DNA of 63,788 nucleotides, counting the filler, from Lenisia limosa (Eukaryota > Protista > Breviatea): assembly GCA_001655205.1 (NCBI GenBank). It is 13 parts of 13 records of this genome, joined end to end, with 100 filler letters (N's around TTAATTAATTAA, not from the genome) between each part and the next. Parts side by side here need not be neighbours in the genome. Positions count along the whole stretch, not along the records: positions 10,251 to 20,576 come from LPNZ01009798.1; positions 20,677 to 27,610 come from LPNZ01004586.1; 11 more parts are not named here. The stretch is one strand, 5' to 3'. Under the pieces are notes generated by a model that was not told the DNA's origin, did not search any database, and worked only from the letters and a program-made list of their open reading frames with translations. This document shows, piece by piece, positions 13,366-25,300 of this stretch. How positions within the stretch are numbered: the stretch's first letter is position 1; every line of letters starts with the position of its first letter. A program made the translations under genes and the position numbers.

Positions 13366-16300
13366 ATGTCGTCTGAAAGTGAAAAGGATGTTGAGCAAGT
13401 AGTCAGCGAAGACAAGCAAGACATTGATATTGTAATTGTTGAGGAGGATAAAGAGAATGAGAATGAAAACAATGTAAAGAGCGAAGTTCCCACCGTTACA
13501 ATCACTTTTCAAGTTGGGTCTACGGAGGAGTACGTCTCTTCTACCCGGCGATCAGTTACGTATGAAGAGATTGAAGGTGATATGAGCGATCCCAAGACTG
13601 GACACATCTTTACCGTCGAAGTTCCGGCCGACGGACTTCCTGAAGCTGATCTTATGAGTCGTCTTCCTAACAACGGCAAGGGCTTTGCTGGTCTGGTTGA
13701 CAGGACTTGCGAAGTCATGTATCCCTTTGAACTCATTGCAAGATCGCCAAAGAGCTTCACAAAGTGGGCGGAGTGGAGTGGCTTGTGTTCAACTGCAAAA
13801 AACGTTTATAACCTTCAGTACCGTTTTTTCTTCACCTTCTTTTAGAGGAACGTTCACTCTTCGTCCCATCATCATTCCCCCAACATTGAAGGACACTCCT
13901 GCTGAAGACTTGCCCGCTCTGATGTATCCTGATTTGGCATGGAAGAACCTGACAGCCGAGNNNNNNNNNNNNNNNNNNNNNNNNNNNNNNNNNNNNNNNN
14001 NNNNNNNNNNNNNNNNNNNNNNNNNNNNNNNNNNNNNNNNNNNNNNNNNNNNNNNNNNNNNATGATGTGTTTTTTTGTTGATATGTTGAGGCTTTGTCTT
14101 GATTGTGGCATTTTTCTCATTCGTTAATCCCTCCATCTTTCTAATTTGCTTTTTAGAACGAAGTAACACGATCTGAGGCCTGTCACCAGCTTGTTGACCA
14201 GTTGAAGTATTATGGATACGCCAGGATCGAGTTTGAAGAGACGGAAGGCCTGCAGAAGGTGGGAAAAGACATTTCAGTTTGTCATTTCGCATTAAGTTGC
14301 GTCAAGTTTTTTTAAGTACCTTACTCAAGAGGAGGCACTGAACAATTCGGATATTTACGTAAAGATTTTCTGAAATTTTGGGACCCGAATGCGAACTTTA
14401 AAATTTTTGCGACAATTTACGTAAAATTCGTGATCGAACGGTCCCTAATATGAAGTCTATCGAAACCACTGTTTGAAGATCCCCCTAACATGCATACGTA
14501 GGTCATGAATGAAATTGATTCTGCCGCACATGAATTCTTTGATCTCCCCTTGGAAACCAAGGCACTTTGCCGTGACACCTGGGCTAACAGTTGGGGGGAG
14601 GGGGGGGGGGGNNNNNNNNNNNNNNNNNNNNNNNNNNNNNNNNNNNNNNNNNNNNNNNNNNNNNNNTGCCCACACGCAACTACGTGATACGTTCTCGCTC
14701 AACATCAACCACAAACTCTCGTACAAGACGAAGAGGTTGGTGGCGCAACAAGAGTATTTCTTTGTGTAAAAGTGTGAGACTCCTTAAAAGTATAGACTGA
14801 AGTGAATCCCTATTGTCTCACATAAGCTGACTAGTCTTCCTTATCCTCCCAGTTCTTGCTTCAAAAAAGTTGGCCGCCCACTTGCCAAATCCGATAAGGA
14901 TTTCGGAGTCAAAGCGGGTGTTCCTTTCCCCTTCCCTGAAAACGTCAGAGTGGCAAGTTCTCCTAAGTCTTCAGTTTAGATTGGCATTTGTATTTTATTA
15001 TTTTTCTTCGAACAAGATTCCCTTAAATTTTGTTTTATAGCTCAGTTGGATACCAAATGATATGTACTAGTATATCATATTTAGTCACCCGCAGTATTCT
15101 TTGTTGACGTTTCAGATTATTATCTTACAATTTCCTTGTTTCATTTCACAGGATGCCCCAAGCTTCAAGCCAGCCATTGTTAACCTCTACGACTTCCTCT
15201 ATGGAACTTCCAACAACCTCATGAATATGATTGCTACTGGGCTTGAAGTACGCTCTGGGGTTTGAAGATCACTTTTGTTTGTATTAAGCGTAACTCCGAA
15301 AAATATTGATATTCATATGGAACTTCCAAATGAATCCGTAATCCGTTTTTGCTGTGTGTCTGGGGGGGGGGGGNNNNNNNNNNNNNNNNNNNNNNNNNNN
15401 NNNNNNNNNNNNNNNNNNNNNNNNNNNNNNNNNNNNNNNNNNNNNNNNNNNNNNNNNNNNNNNNNNNNNNNNNNNNNNNNNNNNNNNNNNNNNNNNNNNN
15501 NNNNNNNNNNNNNNNNNNNNNNNNNNNNNNNNNNNNNNNNNNNNNNNNNNNNNNNNNNNNNNNNNNNNNNNNNNNNNNNNNNNNNNNNNNNNNNNNNNNN
15601 NNNNNNNNNNNNNNNNNNNNNGTTGATGTGGGTCACCCTTCTCTAATGCTGAAATATAATGTTATTATCATGATTTTTGTGATAGTTTCTGGAGTACCAG
15701 GACCGCGTCATCAGATCAACATTCTGACAATTCAGCATTTCGACGTGTCTCTTCTGACGCTGCTGCCGGCCACACCTGTGAAGGAACTGGAGGTTGTCAG
15801 GCGATGCGATGGAAAGTGGATCAAGGCCGAGACGGGTTCCGAGCACGGAAAGCACCTTTTGTGTAGGCCTTTGTTGGGTCAAGGGGTTGCAGATCACAGT
15901 TGATAGTCTCTTGTGATACATCTCTCTCATTTATTTGTCATTCTATATTTTGACTTCGTCAAATGGCAAAGACCTCATCCTCCAGTCTTCCCCGGAATGT
16001 ACTTCGGACGCCTTGTTGGCGGCCTCATTTCCCCTACCATCCACAGGTTCGGCCAGATACATCCTTTTCATCATTTCTATTTTCTACATATGCATATCAT
16101 ATGCGATCCAGAGATTGCCTAGTCTTGTTTTGTTNNNNNNNNNNNNNNNNNNNNNNNNNNNNNNNNNNNNNNNNNNNNNNNNNNNNNNNNNNNNNNNNNN
16201 NNNNNNNNNNNNNNNNNNNNNNNNNNNNNNNNNNNNNNNNAAACAAGTGAGCCAATATTTTATTTACAGAAATATTTAGAGTAACCTGGGGGGACGGAAA

Positions 16301-16654
16301 GGCGCGAATCAGCACACCATTCTTCCTGAGGCCTGGAAGGTCCTCAAAGGTCGGCCTCTTTGGAGGGGCTTTTTTGATCCACGCATGCATTACTAACATT
16401 TGAACGTACTTTTTCAGTTCATTGGAAATTTGCTTTTTATATATTGAATCATACTTTTTTCAAAAAGACTGATCCTTCAGCTCTCTTCCAGCTACCTCGG
16501 CAAGGCAGAGAGTGATGATGGAAGATACGTTCCTGAGGCCATGATGCAGTTTGTGGGGTCTTCTTTCGGTTTTGATTTCTGTTACTGTCTTTTTTCTCTG
16601 TCTCGTTTTCCATTATAGGATATCCATAATATGGTTTCCAACCTGAAAGCGTAG
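13366..16654 (+). CDS. 2-oxoglutarate/Fe(II)-dependent dioxygenase (IPNS/DIOX-like)
   Basis: Exons give AAHEFFDLPLETK, LYDFLYGTSNNLMNMIATGLE, QHFDVSLLTLL (HxD), ELEVVRRCDGKWI, GRLVGGLISPTIHR (distal His) and ARISTPFFLRP (RxS). These are the complete facial-triad and 2OG-binding motifs. The stop codon is tentative. Confidence 0.88.
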
Positions 16655-17662
16655 CTGAACCCTTTAGGGAAACGTCAGCAGAGCGCTTGTTTTTTGATGT
16701 GATGCTGAAAGCACCACCTGCCGTTTCAGGCTTCCCCGGAATCCCCAGGAACGTGGAGGAGTAGTGCCTTAGTGTATAATATGTTGAATAGGTGTTGTAA
16801 AGTAGTTGGCGTTTTAGTGTATTTTATTGATCTGCTATCCCTTATTTTAGTTGATGTTGTCAACTAAACAACTTGTATTTGTTGAACCACCTATTATATA
16901 ATAGAATAAGTGAAGCTGCCCGAGAGCTGCCCCCCCCCCCCCCCNNNNNNNNNNNNNNNNNNNNNNNNNNNNNNNNNNNNNNNNNNNNNNNNNNNNNNNN
17001 NNNNCATTGTGTAATCATATCTCGTTGCATCTGATGATATGCATGTGTCATCGTCACAATTACTTATTTCTATTTTGTCAGGTTGTGGTCGCTTCAAGGA
17101 AGAAGGAAAGGGGAAACACATTCACACAAAGCCAAAAACCGGGGTATCACTGTGGAAACGCCCGTGTGGAAAAAAAAGAGAAAATATTTTCCGTATTTTT
17201 GGGTGGGTGCAAACCGGTTCAGGTTTTTATAAAAAAAAGGCGCATATTCTCCTTTGGGTTTCGCAGTTGATGCACATCGACATAGGCTGAAGGAATATTT
17301 TGGAGGCTTGAGATGCTGGATATTGGAAGGACTGAAGGAACTGGAAGGTTTTGGAGGCTTGAAGATAGAAGGGGTCGGTTGATGGTGGCTCGAAAGGGTT
17401 CATGTGTCGCGAAATCAGGTTTTTTTTGGTCACATAAGCGTTTGTGAACGGCTTTGGTACACACTTGTTTTTTATTTCTCTGCAATAATTGTGTGATACC
17501 ATCTTTCTTTGAAATGAAACGGTCATGAGCATATGCACCAAGTTTCGACGAGGACATTCAATGCACTCTCTCACATGAAAATAAAAGAACAGCAACATTT
17601 GATAGAATCAGGGGGTGGCGGGGGGTGCTACTGCAAAAGTCATAGAAAGTGTTAAAATGACA

Positions 17663-20300
17663 TCATATTGAGAAGAACTTGGATGAATAGTGATGTCTTA
17701 GAATGGACTCTGGCAGACCAGGGGGTTGGTACGGCGGCGGGGATGACGATAGCGCCGGGTAAGAGGTTCGCTCATTCCGATGGCGAGACTGTTGTAAACG
17801 TTTATGATGCGTGTCGGCTTGAGCTATGGCCTGGGGCAATAAGGGGAATATGACAACATCATGCAGTAAAAAATGTAGAGAGCCGAAAATGTCCTCAAGC
17901 AGAGGGTATCTTTCCACATACCTCAGGATTGTGGTGCGTGATTGTGATGGGTCTTGAGTCGGCGGGGTCATCAAGAGGAGGGCTGGGGGTCATTTCTAAA
18001 TGCGGAACTGCCTAAAAGGGTAAGAAAAAGGACAAAACCCCCTTGGCCCTCTTGCTGCAAACTTTTGAGATCGGCGTGGGTCTGACCGGCGAGGAGAAAA
18101 GCGGTCCGAAGGGACTGGAAGGGTTGACAGCGGCGACAGTGGGGGGGTTGTGGATCGAAGTGGCGGGAGTGGTGGACTGGGATGGGTGGTATTCTGGGGG
18201 GAGTAAAATCGGAATGTATGAAAAAGAGTCGAAATTATATTGTCTCTTCAAGTCACTGAAAAAACAAGTTGTATTTACACATGGAAGGGGGGATAGACTC
18301 CATTACAAAGACCAACGCTGGCAAACCTGGAATGAGGTCGTATTGAGATTTGGGTCTTCTTGCAACCCTTGCGAGAAGCATAAGACTGATGAGGATTGCG
18401 AGGCGGAGGGAGGACGCGAAAAGGCCGACCCGGATGGAAATGATAAAGGACGATGAGCCGAGGTCAGTCTGGGGGGGGGGGGNNNNNNNNNNNNNNNNNN
18501 NNNNNNNNNNNNNNNNNNNNNNNNNNNNNNNNNNNNNNNNNNNNNNNNNNNNNNNNNNNNNNNNNNNNNNNNNNNNNNNNNNNNNNNNNNNNNNNNNNNN
18601 NNNNNNNNNNNNNNNNTCGCTTCTGCAGCACCACATCCCATCACTCCAGCGTACCTGGAGAGATTAGATAAAATCTATTTGGGCACAATAACCAAAGCAG
18701 GTATACTTCAATCACCGTTTTGTACCACAGTGAAAGAAGGCCGCTATCGTAATGTCTACGAGGCAGCGAAATTAACCGGCGGGGGTTATATATAATATAT
18801 CATGAACAATAAAAGTGAAATGCAATTAAAAACGAACAGTATCATTTGTTAATAAGTGTGAAAAATGCAGCAAGGTGAACAGAATCCAGTGATGTNNNNN
18901 NNNNNATGAGCAGCAAAATTAACCGGCGGGGGTAATACATAATATATCATGAACAATAAGAGTGAAATGCAATTAAAAACGCACAGTATCATATGTTAAT
19001 AAGTGTGAAAAATGCAGAGAGGTGAACAGAATCCAGTGATGTGGCATAAGCGGCATCAAAACTAACACTCAGGACAAACAACTGGTTCCAGAAAACAAAA
19101 AATGAAAAACAACTTGTGAAGAAGGGGAGAGCCCAGGAATTGGTGAAAAANNNNNNNNNNTCGCTATTGTAATTATCTACGGAGCAGCAAAATTAGTAAT
19201 ATATAACAATAAGAGTGAAATGCAATTAAAAACGTACAGTATCATTTGTTAATAAGTGTAAACAATGCAGTAAGGTGAACAGAATCCGGTGATGTGGCAT
19301 AAGCGGCATCAAAAAACACTCAGAACAAAACAACTGGTTCCAGAAAACATAAAATGAAAAAGTAAACGAGTCAACAGAACGAGATATTGACATCATTAAA
19401 CTAGATCACATGATGAATCCTTGAGCCAAAAAGGCTCTCAGTCTTCAACACCGGAAATCAAAAAGATATAATACACGGCATCCGTCCTGCTAGCTAATGC
19501 ACAGGGGAGTAAAATTGGAAAATTTATGAAATAAAAATAAATCAAATCAACTTTGTTGGNNNNNNNNNNNNNNNNNNNNNNNNNNNNNNNNNNNNNNNNN
19601 NNNNNNNNNNNNNNNNNNNNNNNNNNNNNNNNNNNNNNNNNNNNNNNNNNNNNNNNNNNNNNNNNNNNNNNNNNNNNNNNNNNNNNNNNNNNNNNNNNNT
19701 CATTATCATCCACTGAAAATACAGACATTTATAGTTATCACCATCATCCATTTGACCAGATATATATTTTTTTTAATATTTATCATCATCCACTAACAAT
19801 AAAGATAGTCCTTCATCTTCATCATCATCTTCAGTCTCCAAAAGCCAGCCTGTGAACAGTGAAACTATTTCCCAAATGTCTACAATTGGGTGAAGAAGGT
19901 GTTAAGGCTTAGTGTTCCCTTTATCTTCAAGTGCACCAGAATTAGTTTCTAAGACAGCGAAACAAAGCGATGACGATTTTACACAAACGTTTGGCAAGAC
20001 TATAGAAACTTCCAAGAATCAAAAAGCGGGAACTAATTAGACATCACAACCAGGGCTTCACTTCAGTTCGAAAAATACTGGTAAAATATCGATAGTTTTC
20101 GAGGATATATTGAGAAATTTAGTCTTTTTCGAACCGAAGTGAAGCCCTAATCACGACCCTTATATATTCCTTTTTCAATTGAAATCTTGCTACTTTATAC
20201 CCCCACCAACCCCATCATCAAATCCGTTCTACACCCCGGTCTTCACAGTCACTTCCATCCCTCGAGACCATGAAAGTCCTCCCCAATATCAATTTTGAAA
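17663..20300 (-). CDS. Unknown protein with a hydrophobic, possibly transmembrane, segment (fragmentary)
   Basis: GC-rich exon-like blocks bounded by AG/GT, e.g. ILSNLQ|TDLGSSSFIISIRVGLFASSLRLAILISLMLLARVARRPKSQYDLIP. No family recognised. Confidence 0.4.
18469..18654 (-). mobile_element. Family F element forming an entire intron (introner candidate)
   Basis: CTCCAG|GTACGCTGGAGTGATGGGATGTGGTGCTGCAGAAGCGA..gap..CCCCCCCCAG|ACTGAC. The 5' part matches the starts of F copies at 22910 and 47933. Confidence 0.6.
18757..19370. repeat. Three diverged tandem copies of a ~140-210 bp unit, separated by 10-N gaps
   Basis: Shared core GAACAATAAxAGTGAAATGCAATTAAAAACGxACAGTATCATTTGTTAATAAGTGT...GGTGAACAGAATCC. 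May be partly an assembly artefact. Confidence 0.75.
20052..20149. mobile_element. MITE family A, subfamily 1
   Basis: AGGGCTTCACTTCAGTTCGAAAAA...TTTTTCGAACCGAAGTGAAGCCCTA. Confidence 0.9.
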
Positions 20301-20676
20301 CGGGAAGTGTAATCTTGACATTTCCAAGGCTTCACATTTGAAAAAACCAAAAATATCGATAGTTTTCGAGTGTTTATCGAGAAATTCAGTCATTTTTTCA
20401 ATCCGTTTCATGAGGAGGAATCCTCAATCAAATCTAGGCCAAGACAGCCCTGGCTAGTTTTAGTTTAAGAGAAATGAAACTCTAGTGAAAGCCCCCTTCC
20501 AACCAAATCCTTTACTTGTAAACGCTGACTGCGTGGACCCTAGAAATCCCTGCGGCACGGGTTTCAGCATATCCGGNNNNNNNNNNNNNNNNNNNNNNNN
20601 NNNNNNNNNNNNNNNNNNNNTTAATTAATTAANNNNNNNNNNNNNNNNNNNNNNNNNNNNNNNNNNNNNNNNNNNN

Positions 20677-21386
20677 TGATGATGACGCATGTAATTGGGG
20701 AGGGGATGTGTGAAGAAGGATTTTGAAAATATGTAGAAATGAATCATATCACAAGCTTAATGCTATTCGGTGAGTGTGTAAGTATTGGATCGCGTAAGGG
20801 GGAAGAAGCAGTTTTACTTTTTATGCTATAAAATGTGCTGAAATATGTCGATGATTTATCGATAAATTCAGTCGGAACAATGTATTAGGCGTTATTACCA
20901 TTGAACTGATACTTTGTCTCAATTACTGAAACAAGTTGGGTCATGAGCACAAGTCAGGAGGGTTTATTCATGGGTAGTAGAGGAGATTTAACAATACTAT
21001 AGCATTGTTATTATTTCTACCAGTCCTAGGGGAATAAAGATGAACAAGCGTTGTCCATATATTTCGATTTTGCGCCCCAAATCCCTAGATCACCGGCCTT
21101 CAGCTCACCTGGATGTATTTGCCTTCTTCTCTCTTTACTTCTTTCACACCCTAAAATTTTACACTTTAAAACTAAACAGTCAACCATTTGCTGGAAGTCA
21201 AAGAAGATACTTGGCAGGAAGTAGAATGATGAGGTATCATGAAAAGATGATCTTGTGAGGGGAAGGCAAGTCGGGCATACACACCTCTGGAAGTTCTTTT
21301 GGAGCCGAATCCAGCATGATACACTCCTGGGCGGGGGCAATGAAGTCATCCAGTCCAGTAACTTGAAGACCGGAGCTAAACGACAT
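20677..21386 (-). CDS. NAR1: Nar1/NARFL (CIAO3) cytosolic Fe-S assembly factor, N-terminal fragment
   Basis: The first exon MSFSSGLQVTGLDDFIAPAQECIMLD matches the family N-terminal motif LQLTDLDDFIxPSQECI. The downstream CLACSGC motif is not present before the contig end. Confidence 0.65.
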
Positions 21387-22336
21387 CTTCAGCGGCTTCC
21401 TGTTTTACTTTAGAGAACTTGTATAGTTTTTATCGAACAAACGAATTGCTATAATCACAACATCACAACAAGCAACAAGCTCAGTTTTGAAACTTGTAAA
21501 AATGCGTCAAAATTCTGGGGATGTTACGAACCCAAAAAACAAACTGTTTCGAGGCTGTCATTAGTCATTATTGGGAAAAGGCATTATTACTATATAATTT
21601 GGTAGTGAGAGGATAGTTGTATAAGAGAGCAAAAAGGGAGCCTATAGCTGTTAATGTTAGCTAACTTGGTCGTTTTATTGAAGACAGTGTTATTTGCCGT
21701 TTATTGACAGCAGCAGTGTGAGTGATTAAGTGATGTAGTTGTTAAAGCTTGTGATTGCCTTTGTATGCCCGTTCGTGCTGAAAGGTCCCGGTGGCGGGAA
21801 AGCAAATTACTTTACGGGAATTCCCAACGGGGGGGGGGGCAATTATTTTTGCTGACATTTTTTTAACATTCAGCTTAGCTTTGCTAATTTTTTTAAAAAA
21901 TTGTTACAAAACCCGAAAACCACCGAAAGCAATTCACCAAGCTTGCTTTCCTAATAATGTTAAGTATGACCCAAAGGCAGCGGTCGCGCATCTCGGTCGG
22001 CAACTAATGCAACTAATGCAACTAATGCAACTAATGTAATATATTGTGTGGCGAAAACTATTTGATGTTACTGTCACCATAACCCTAATCAACCTGGCTC
22101 TGTGTCCCCCCTAACGTTTCCCTGTGCATGCAAGTAGAAAAAAGCTGTTTGAATCGATTGAACGCGAGCGCCCTTGGAATGCGATCTCTTCTGCAGTCCC
22201 CACGCCTGTAATCAAGACCCTTCCGCCCCTCCACCACTCTAGGAGGTATATTGAGATCCGTTATACGAATATAGAGAACCAAGTGTTTTGACCTCCACCC
22301 CCCGCCCTGTCATTCTTTGTTCTGTTCCTTCAAAGA

Positions 22337-25300
22337 ATGGAGGACTTGACAAAGTACCTTGAGAATTACCGTGTGACCCGGGTTGAGGAGAACTTTCCTT
22401 CCGTTTTCGGGAGCGACAATGAAGATACCGAGGTGGGAGAGGATCTTTGTGGTGAGGGAGAGTACTTTTGTCGTCACAAGATCACAAGCATATCCGCCCT
22501 CTCTTGTGGAAATAGGAAACACATTTTTTTAGGCTAGGATAACTGATGTGGTCTCTCCCCGGTTGTGTGCATTCGTTCGGCGATTTCACTGACACTTATG
22601 CATGAGAGGGTTTATAGAAGTCTAATATGGATGACTAGTAGGGCTTCCTATGGTCCGAAAAAGACCGTTTAAATATCAATATTTATCGGGGATTTATCGA
22701 GAGATTCGGTCTTTTTTGGGACCGTAGGGAAGCCCTGATGACTAGTCGTGGGAAGGGTACTGTTTGTTTCTTCTTTGGTCCGTTTAGAATGGCTATATTT
22801 CAAAATCATTACCTCTTTCCCCTCTTACCAATTATTTCGTCTTGCTTTCACCCCTCTAATTATCTTTTCATCCCTCCTCCACCACTAAGTATCTCTGAAG
22901 CTCCACTAAGCTGGAGTGATGGGATGCGATGCTGCAGAAGCGACTGGCCTNNNNNNNNNNNNNNNNNNNNNNNNNNNNNNNNNNNNNNNNNNNNNNNNNN
23001 NNNNNNNNNNNNNNNNNNNTAAATTTTCCAATTGTACTCGTCCCCACCCCCAGCACTTTAATGTTTTACACCCCCTCTCCTCGCACCTCAGCAACCTTTA
23101 CCGTTCACCCCTCACCTCAGCAGATCAAAGATGCAGTGCTCCAAATCCCCGACTCTCTGGAAGATGTTTCCTCTTTTATCCCCTCAATTTCCAACGTAGG
23201 GGTGTGGGTTTTTATTAATGTTACCTTGGGTTTCACTTCGGTTTGAAAAAGACCAGTTTTCTAGGATCTAATGTTATGTACAGTGACCGGGATAAGTCTT
23301 GACCGATTTGTAATGAGATTTCCCAAGGAAAATTGGTCAAGACTTTTACTGTATTTCGATAGCTTATCGTACCAGGTGAAGCCAAAGGGTAGTTATTAAT
23401 AACCCCCTTAGATTCACGATCAAGCCTCAGCCACAATGACAGCCTTCACTACGGCGTTCAACAAGGACATTGATGATTTTGAGGCCCTTGTAGTGACCAG
23501 TCGATCGAGGGCTCGTGACACTGTGGAAAGCCTCAAGGCCGCTACTACTGGGTCCGGTATGAAACAGAGGATGATATTGAAAAAAACAATCTAATAAACT
23601 CTGTTTTGTTGTTCTTAACTCTCTGTGTTTCTTGCCAACAGAGTTGAATTTGGGCTTTTTTTTGTTTAATGAAATTTCTAATTTTACCCCCCCCCCCCAA
23701 GAACTCTGGGATGGTCTTGCAGCAGCGCTTGTTGAGTACCACAACAGCATCGTTACCAAGACTGTTTCCGCCCTCTTGAAAGCTGTCGATGACTCAATTC
23801 AGACGGCCGAACCGCACTACTTTAGGGTAGGAACCCCCAGATCCCCCACCNNNNNNNNNNNNNNNNNNNNNNNNNNNNNNNNNNNNNNNNNNNNNNNNNN
23901 NNNNNNNNNNNNNNNNNNNNNNNNNNNNNNNNNNNNNNNNNNNNNNNNNNNNNNNNNNNNNNNNNNNNNNNNNNNNNNNNNNNNNNNNNGTATAAAACAA
24001 GTACTCTCTCATTTTTTTTTGTTTTTTTAATGAAGATTTCAAACATTTCTAGGTTAAAGTTGGCTTTGGAGAAAAACTCAGTTTTTCCTTGGCTCCTGAG
24101 TCTCTGACCTCGTCTGTCAACGCAGGGCTGCAGAAATTGGCAGCTTTGATTGGGGTATGTTGGTTTTTTTGGCATTTTTTTTGGTATCCCAAATTCATAT
24201 AATTAGGTGAAATAATATATTTTTCCAATATCTCTTATAAGCGTGAACATTCCTTCAAATGATTGTGTTTAATGGAGGGGAAGACTGACTTAGCTTTGTA
24301 ATAACATATACACAATTGCAATTACTTTCTCTTTTCCCTACAGACTCGTTTGGGATAAAGACAACTTCCTCATCGATGTCATTATTTATATATGCTTCCA
24401 TATGTATAAATGGGAATTTGTGAACCGCATCGCCATGATAAAGCTCCTTGTCATAAGGAAAGATAGTATTAAAGCATCTTTTAAATATCAACAATTAATG
24501 CCTTGTTTTTTCTCTTTATTTCTCATTTTCACATGTTTGTGTCACATTACTGTAGAAGAGCGCCCTCACTGATATTACGCTTGAGGTCAGTAAAGATGAA
24601 AATGGTGGAAGCATGGAGAAGGAAAAGAAAGAACCCATGAGTGAAGGAAAAGTGGAGACGAATGGAGACAAGAAGCATAGTGGCGACATCGTTAGTGAAG
24701 GAACTGCAGCAAACATCCCGGGCGCTTCAGATGATCTCCCTGATGATGCTGGTTTTGTGAGCGTTCAAAGTGAGCCGGATTAGTGGAACAATTGTGACCA
24801 CTTGCTGGCATGAAAGTCTTTATTAAGTTTTTGTGATTGCAAGAAACAACAATATGATAATCGATAAATACAAAAGAATACATATATATGGATCCAATAG
24901 AATAACATTGCGACACCTATCCTGGGTTAAATGAGCCTAAGAAGTTTTTTTTTTTCAACAGTCATTAATCCCATATTATGGGACTTTTTTTATGCTCCAG
25001 GAGCCTTGAGCATTGTTATTGAGGCTTACAAGGGCTTCATCAATACCCTGGATATGTGGAGGGAGTTGCATGAAATTGATCGAAGTGAATTCAAAAGAAG
25101 GTGAGGGGGGAGGATAACGGCGATCTATTCTACAATTTTTTACAATATACTGATATTTTTGAGTCATTGAGATCTTTTGACAGGCATTCACCAGAATTCA
25201 ACTGCCCGTGTGCGTTATTTACCTTTGTAAAGATACCTCCTTATGAAGCCCTCCCCCGCAAACCTCGTGCAAGACATCAAACGCTACTCTGAGGTCAAGG

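Noticed and set aside
18616-22950. Shared GCTGGAGTGATGGGATG..GCAGAAGCGA at 18616 and 22911 as exons of paralogous genes
   Set aside because: The same sequence continues into repeat family F at 39385, 47933 and 27012; it is repeat, not coding.
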